Shown: piece by piece, positions 8,139-12,455 of the stretch
Numbering within the stretch: the first letter of the stretch is position 1
Layout: every line of letters begins with the position of its first letter
Notes under the pieces: model-generated
The model's database searches: none
Told to the model about the DNA's origin: nothing
Seen by the model: only the letters and a program-made list of their open reading frames with translations
Source of the DNA: Archangiaceae bacterium
GTDB taxonomy: Bacteria > Myxococcota > Myxococcia > Myxococcales > Myxococcaceae
Assembly: GCA_043750125.1 (NCBI GenBank)
Contig: JAYVCD010000301.1
Location: forward strand, 1-12,455
Reading direction: 5' to 3'
Length of the DNA: 12,455 nt
Translations under genes and position numbers: made by a program

Positions 8139-9965
8139 TTACCGGTAGCCCTGCGCCTGCAGCGTGAACAGGTGGGCGTAACGACCCTTCTTTTCCAACA
8201 GCGCCTCGTGGCTGCCGAGCTCTGAGAGCTTGCCGTGCTCGAGGACCGCGATCCGGTCGGCCATGCGCACCGTCGAAAAGCGGTGCGAGATGATGATCGC
8301 GCTGCGGTCCTTCGCCAGCCGCTTGAACCGGTCGAACAGCGCCACCTCGGCCTCGGCGTCGATCGACGCGGTCGGCTCATCGAGGATCAAGATCTGCGCT
8401 TCCCGCATGAAGGCCCGGGAAATCGCCAACTTCTGCCACTGCCCACCTGACAGCTCGTGCCCCTTCTCGAACCACCCGCCGAGCACGGTGTCGTATTTCT
8501 GGGGAAGCGAGTCGACGAGCTCCCCTGCCCCTCCGTCCTCTGCTGCCCGCTTCACCACCAACGGGTCGGCCAAGCGCTCGACGTCGCCCAGGCCGATGTT
8601 CTCGCCGGCGCTGAATTGGTAGCGCACGAAGTCTTGAAACACGGCGCCAAAGCGCTGGCGAAGATCCTTCACGTCGAAGTCCCGCAGGTCCACCCCGCCG
8701 TAGAGGATTTCGCCTTCGCTGGGCTCGTACAGCCGCATCAACAGCTTCACCAAGGTCGACTTGCCCGCGCCGTTCTCACCCACCAGCGCCATCTTCTCGC
8801 CGCCGCCAATCGTCAGGCTCAGATCCTTCAGCGCCCATTCTTCGCGCCCCGGATACTTGAACGAAACATTCTTGAACTCGATCGCGTGCTGACCTGAGGG
8901 CAACGTCCTGGGGGGCAGGCTGCGCGGCTGCTCGGCGTCGGTCGGCAGCGAGAGGAACAAGAACAGGTTCGACATGAACAGCGCGTCTTCGTACATCCCC
9001 GCCACCGACGACAGCACCGACTCGAAGGCCGACTGTCCCTGCCGAAACACCGCCAGGCCCAGCGTCAAATCTCCGAGCGTGATGTCACCCCGTGCGGCGC
9101 GGGCGGCCACCGACACGTAGCAGGCGTAGAACGCGGCGAGGGAAATCGCGCCGAACAGCGTGCCCAGCACCAGTCGCTTGAGCGCGAGCTTGCGGTCTTC
9201 TTTCAGAAACTTCGAAAACAGCGCTCGAAAACGACCGAGCACCAGCGGGCCCAGGTCGTAGAGCTTCACTTCCTTCACGTGGGAATCACGGGTGAGGATC
9301 CACTCGAGGTAGTTGAGCTTTCGGCCCTCGGGCGCCCGCCAGGACGACAGTCGAAAGGCTTCACCCGACAGCCGGGTCTCGGCGATGAACGCGGGAATGG
9401 CGGCGACCACCAGCAACACCACGCTCCACCAGGCCACGCTCCACAACAGCACCGCGAACGTCGCCAGGGTCAGGCCGTTCTTCAGCACCGTGACCAGGGC
9501 CATCGCCAACGAAAGCGGCCGCATCGAAGACTCACGCCGCGCGTTCTGCAGCACGTCGTAGGTCTTCGAGTCCTCGAAGTGCTTCAGCTCGAGAGTCAAA
9601 GATTTCTCGAGAATCTGCTCGTTGATCAAGTTGCCCAGATTCACCCGCAGCAGCTCGCGCGAGAAGCCGGCCAGCCGACCAATCGCCAGCGTCGCGACCG
9701 CGAGCCCCAGTTCCCACGCCACGTACTTGAAGACCACCGACTGATCGGCCGAGCTGTGACTCTTGGCCGCCTGCACCACCGAGTCGATGATCAGCTTGCC
9801 CACGTAGGCCAGGCCGGCGGGGAACAGGGCTTGAAGAAACGTGAGCCCACCCAGAACCAACGCACTGGAATGATCTGCTTGCCACACCAGCTTCAAGGTC
9901 TTCGGCAGCTGCTTGAGCAGCTCGCGGGTCGAGATCCTTTCTTTGTCTTTGGGTGCGCTGGCCAT
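8139..9965 (-). CDS. ABC exporter, fused permease + ATP-binding domain (MdlB/MsbA-like type IV)
   Basis: N-terminal hydrophobic TM helices, Walker A GENGAGKST, Q-loop VFQDF, signature LSGGQWQK, Walker B ILILDEPT, H-loop ISHR. ATG 9965 preferred; GTG 9977 is an alternative. Confidence 0.95.
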   Translation of the reverse strand: MASAPKDKERISTRELLKQLPKTLKLVWQADHSSALVLGGLTFLQALFPAGLAYVGKLIIDSVVQAAKSHSSADQSVVFKYVAWELGLAVATLAIGRLAGFSRELLRVNLGNLINEQILEKSLTLELKHFEDSKTYDVLQNARRESSMRPLSLAMALVTVLKNGLTLATFAVLLWSVAWWSVVLLVVAAIPAFIAETRLSGEAFRLSSWRAPEGRKLNYLEWILTRDSHVKEVKLYDLGPLVLGRFRALFSKFLKEDRKLALKRLVLGTLFGAISLAAFYACYVSVAARAARGDITLGDLTLGLAVFRQGQSAFESVLSSVAGMYEDALFMSNLFLFLSLPTDAEQPRSLPPRTLPSGQHAIEFKNVSFKYPGREEWALKDLSLTIGGGEKMALVGENGAGKSTLVKLLMRLYEPSEGEILYGGVDLRDFDVKDLRQRFGAVFQDFVRYQFSAGENIGLGDVERLADPLVVKRAAEDGGAGELVDSLPQKYDTVLGGWFEKGHELSGGQWQKLAISRAFMREAQILILDEPTASIDAEAEVALFDRFKRLAKDRSAIIISHRFSTVRMADRIAVLEHGKLSELGSHEALLEKKGRYAHLFTLQAQGYR

Positions 9966-10020
9966 CGGAGGGCTCACTTGTAACCCCGTCGAAAGTGGGC
10001 GCCCCGCCCGAATGGGGAGC

Positions 10021-10626
10021 TCACGGCTTGCGCCTCAGCCCCACGAGGTAGACCTCCATGCTGGCTCCCCGCGTCGCTTCGGGCCGGACCACCTTCACCT
10101 CGGCATACGCGGCGCGGACCGAATCGCGGAACTCTTCGAAATCGCCACCCATGAAGAGCTTGGTGATGAAGTGGCCCCCCGGCTTTCCCCTCGTCTGCGA
10201 CAGCTCGAGCGCCTTTCCCGCCAGCCGCAGGCTTCGCGCGACGTCAGTGTTCCGGGTGCCGGTCGTCTTCGGAGCGAGATCGGATGTCACCACGTCGAAC
10301 CGCCCCTTGTGCACCTCGAGCAACTGCGCGTCGAAGTCGTCGGCCAGCACGTCGAGCACCGCGGTCTTGACGTTCGGTTTTCCGAGCGGACGAATCGGAA
10401 CGAGGTCCACTCCGATCACCACCCCGGTCGGACCCACTTCCGCCAGGATGATCTGCAAAAATCCACCCGGAGCGGCCCCGAGATCGAGCACCGCCTGCCC
10501 TTTCTTGAAGATTGAAAACCGCTGCGAGATTTCTTCGATTTTGAACGCCGAGCGCGCCCGCAGCCCTTCGGCGTGCGCCTTCTTGAAGAAGTGATCTTTG
10601 GGCTTGTACGCCTTGCTCTGGCTCAA
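10021..10626 (-). CDS. rlmE: 23S rRNA Um2552 2'-O-methyltransferase RlmE (RrmJ/FtsJ)
   Basis: DHFFKKA...RARSAFKIEEI, VLDLGAAPGG (SAM-binding), GVDL, SDLAP, FITKLF and SMEVY supply the K-D-K-E tetrad. The TTG start overlaps the upstream TGA (TTGA). Confidence 0.93.
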   Translation of the reverse strand: MSQSKAYKPKDHFFKKAHAEGLRARSAFKIEEISQRFSIFKKGQAVLDLGAAPGGFLQIILAEVGPTGVVIGVDLVPIRPLGKPNVKTAVLDVLADDFDAQLLEVHKGRFDVVTSDLAPKTTGTRNTDVARSLRLAGKALELSQTRGKPGGHFITKLFMGGDFEEFRDSVRAAYAEVKVVRPEATRGASMEVYLVGLRRKP

Positions 10627-11279
10627 GGACCGGTGGCCTTCGCCTCACCCAGCTCGCCGGACAAATCGTCGCCGTGGGTGACGCTCTTCACCTTCTCGAA
10701 CAGTCGCAGGTAGCGGGTCACCGCGAAGTCTTTGGCCTTGTCGACCTTGATGTTGGCGGCCGAGGAAGCGCCGATCAGCCCCTGAAACACGCGGACCTTC
10801 GGGTTTGCCTTGTCCATCGCCCACACCTGAATCGACGAAACGACGGGGCACGCGCCCACCGCAGTCGCCGCCGCGACAGAAGCTTCGACCGGCAGCGCGT
10901 CCTGTTTCTCGTTGAGCCATTGCACGTAGAGGACTCCATGCTCGGCAGACAGGTCGGCCTCGAGCTTGCCGATGCGGCCCTTGAGCTCGGAGCCTTCGAG
11001 CGCCTCTTTCAAGTTCCGCTCGCAGATAACCTTCAGGTCGCCGGCCTCGTCGCCCCGGGCGATGACAGCGCTGAAGTCCTTGAGCTTGTACTTTGCGTCT
11101 CGCGCGATGGCCGCGACGCGCGCCTCGGGCTTCATCTTTTGAACCCGCGGGTCTTCGATCGCCACCTGGTAGTGCTTGTACATCTTGAACTCGTCGCGAG
11201 AGAGCGGCAGCGGCTCGGTCGCAAGGCAGGGAAAGGCGGGCGCAAGAAGCAGAAGCAGGGCGAAGCGAGCCGAAGCCAT
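10623..11279 (-). CDS. Hypothetical secreted protein (218 aa) with Sec-type signal peptide
   Basis: ATG 11279 with GGAGG about 10 nt upstream. The N-terminus MASARFALLLLLAPAFPCLA looks like a signal peptide and the rest has soluble-protein composition. The stop overlaps the rlmE start. Confidence 0.85.
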   Translation of the reverse strand: MASARFALLLLLAPAFPCLATEPLPLSRDEFKMYKHYQVAIEDPRVQKMKPEARVAAIARDAKYKLKDFSAVIARGDEAGDLKVICERNLKEALEGSELKGRIGKLEADLSAEHGVLYVQWLNEKQDALPVEASVAAATAVGACPVVSSIQVWAMDKANPKVRVFQGLIGASSAANIKVDKAKDFAVTRYLRLFEKVKSVTHGDDLSGELGEAKATGP

Positions 11280-11321
11280 CGAGGTGAAGCCTCCGTAAAA
11301 GAGTGGGTTATACCTAACCCC
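11280..11321. promoter_or_regulatory. Compact divergent promoter region with inverted repeat GGGTTA-N4-TAACCC
   Basis: 42-bp spacer between divergent start codons. Inverted repeat at 11305-11320. Minus-strand TATAAC (11312-11307) overlaps plus-strand TATACC (11309-11314). Confidence 0.55.
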
Positions 11322-11609
11322 ATGCCCGGCTGTGGAACCTGCGGAGCGAAGCTCGAAGTCGTCGCCAATACCGTCGGCCGCCACGAGACCTGCCCGGCCT
11401 GCGAGGCCGAGCTCCACGCCTGCATTCATTGCCGCCACTTCGACGAAACCGTCGCCAAGGGCTGTAAGGAGCCGTTCGCCGAAGTTCCCGCGGACAAGGT
11501 CGACGCCAACTTTTGCGACTATTTCCAGATCGGCGAGGGCGCCCGCCGCGACGCGGTGAAGAAGGACCAGCTGCTGTCCGCGGCTGAGGCGTTGTTCAAG
11601 AAGAAGTAG
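11322..11609 (+). CDS. Small Cys-rich putative metal-binding (double zinc-site-like) protein, 95 aa
   Basis: CxxC-x16-CxxC-x4-HxCxxC-x10-C-x16-C pattern (8 Cys), with NFCDYF and a C-terminal helix ending ALFKKK. It is the C-terminal part of ORF-track entry 10674..11609; ATG at 11322. Confidence 0.85.
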   Translation: MPGCGTCGAKLEVVANTVGRHETCPACEAELHACIHCRHFDETVAKGCKEPFAEVPADKVDANFCDYFQIGEGARRDAVKKDQLLSAAEALFKKK

Positions 11610-11679
11610 GCGTCCGCCGCCGGCGCAGCAGCCCGACCAGGCCCACCCCTGCGAGCATCCCAAAAGCGGCCTGACACCC
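11596..11679 (-). other. MYXO-CTERM-like C-terminal sorting signal
   Basis: GC dipeptide, then a hydrophobic stretch and an RRRR cluster at the protein C-terminus. Confidence 0.7.
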
Positions 11680-12455
11680 GTTTCTCGCCGAAGCCCCTGC
11701 ATCCGCGCACGTCAGCGGCGCACACCCTTCCCCCTCGGCGCACAGGCTTTGGCCGCACTGGCCTTCGGTCGGAGCCTCGAGGGTGACCTCGATCGAATCG
11801 TCGGCCATCACCCGGATTGCAGTGATCGAAATGCCCGACGGTTGTCCCGAATAGAAGTCGGAAGACAGCGGGTGGTTGGCCTGGCTGAAGGGCCCGGCTC
11901 CTGCCGAAGGCTTGAGCGCATCGCCGTCCCGAAATAGATCGTTGGGGTAGTCCGGCTTGCCGTTGCTCTGAACCTCGAACAGCCCGTCGGCCTGAAGCCA
12001 CATGATGTACGGGTGCCACGCGTCGCAGTTGACGCAGTTGAGGATCCGATCGACGAACCGCCCCTCTTCGCCTCGCAGCTGCTTCAGCGTTCGATCGACA
12101 TGGAACACGGCCAGGCCCCGGGTCGAGACTCGGCGATCAAACCTTCCCCCTGGCCCGCGGTTCTCGACGAGGAAGTACTCGTCGCCCGTTCCCAGCCGCC
12201 AGACCTCGCCGCTCTTCTCGGCCGGCGCCACGATCACCCGCTGACGACCCGACACCTGGTGCCAGTTGGCCCAACGCAGCCGCCATCGGGTCTCGGCGTC
12301 TGGCAGCGGAACAGCGTCGTCGTAGCTCCACGCCCCCATCCACGTCAGGTGCAGCCCGGCGTACTGGTTCGACTCGTCGTAGAGATCCGTCAGCCCCAAC
12401 AGATGCCCGAACTCGTGGACCATCACCAGGCTGTCCGAGTACCCCGCGATCGCGA
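11596..12455 (-). CDS. M6 (immune inhibitor A-like) zinc metalloprotease, 3' part, with MYXO-CTERM-like anchor; 5' end lies outside the window
   Basis: HEFGHLLGLTDLY (HExxH at 12417-12403 plus DLY), EYFLVENR and GLAVFHVD are typical of M6 proteases. C-terminus GCQAAFGMLAGVGLVGLLRRRR. The frame is open to the right edge. Confidence 0.88.
   Translation of the reverse strand, partial: AIAGYSDSLVMVHEFGHLLGLTDLYDESNQYAGLHLTWMGAWSYDDAVPLPDAETRWRLRWANWHQVSGRQRVIVAPAEKSGEVWRLGTGDEYFLVENRGPGGRFDRRVSTRGLAVFHVDRTLKQLRGEEGRFVDRILNCVNCDAWHPYIMWLQADGLFEVQSNGKPDYPNDLFRDGDALKPSAGAGPFSQANHPLSSDFYSGQPSGISITAIRVMADDSIEVTLEAPTEGQCGQSLCAEGEGCAPLTCADAGASARNGCQAAFGMLAGVGLVGLLRRRRTPTSS

Noticed and set aside
6680..8167. 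495-aa plus-strand ORF
   Set aside because: Also an antisense shadow of the macroglobulin gene, with no domain features.
8093..8380. N-terminal 96-aa extension of the macroglobulin ORF
   Set aside because: Arg/Ser-rich off-frame read of the ABC gene 3' end. A signal-peptide-like sequence begins at ATG 8092.
10674..11321. N-terminal part of plus-strand ORF 10674..11609
   Set aside because: It is antisense to the secreted-protein gene. Protein-like sequence starts only at ATG 11322.
11280..11702. N-terminal extension of ORF 10623..11702
   Set aside because: It is antisense to the Cys-rich gene. The RBS and signal peptide support ATG 11279.
1..12455. CRISPR arrays, tRNA/rRNA genes, IS elements, phage or defence genes
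   Set aside because: By eye I found no periodic repeats, RNA-gene signatures or transposase/integrase/nuclease motifs. Nearly all of the sequence is accounted for by the listed CDSs.

Overview
GC-rich bacterial chromosomal window, probably from a myxobacterium; this is inferred from a MYXO-CTERM-like tail and the gene content. It is densely coding. In order: the start of a minus-strand gene running off the left edge; stand-alone ribA (GTP cyclohydrolase II) and an MBL-fold metallohydrolase on the + strand; then a minus-strand run of a secreted hypothetical protein, rlmE, a fused ABC exporter, a ~2000-aa alpha-2-macroglobulin with an intact CTEQ thioester motif, and a small helical ORF. At the right are a divergent 95-aa 8-Cys protein and the 3' part of an M6-type metalloprotease with a MYXO-CTERM-like anchor. 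I found no mobile elements, CRISPR arrays or RNA genes. I cannot demonstrate a new system from the sequence alone. The best lead is the clustering of a protease trap lacking its usual partner genes, an exporter and a surface-anchored protease. Secondary leads are a compact bidirectional promoter and signs of leaderless translation.
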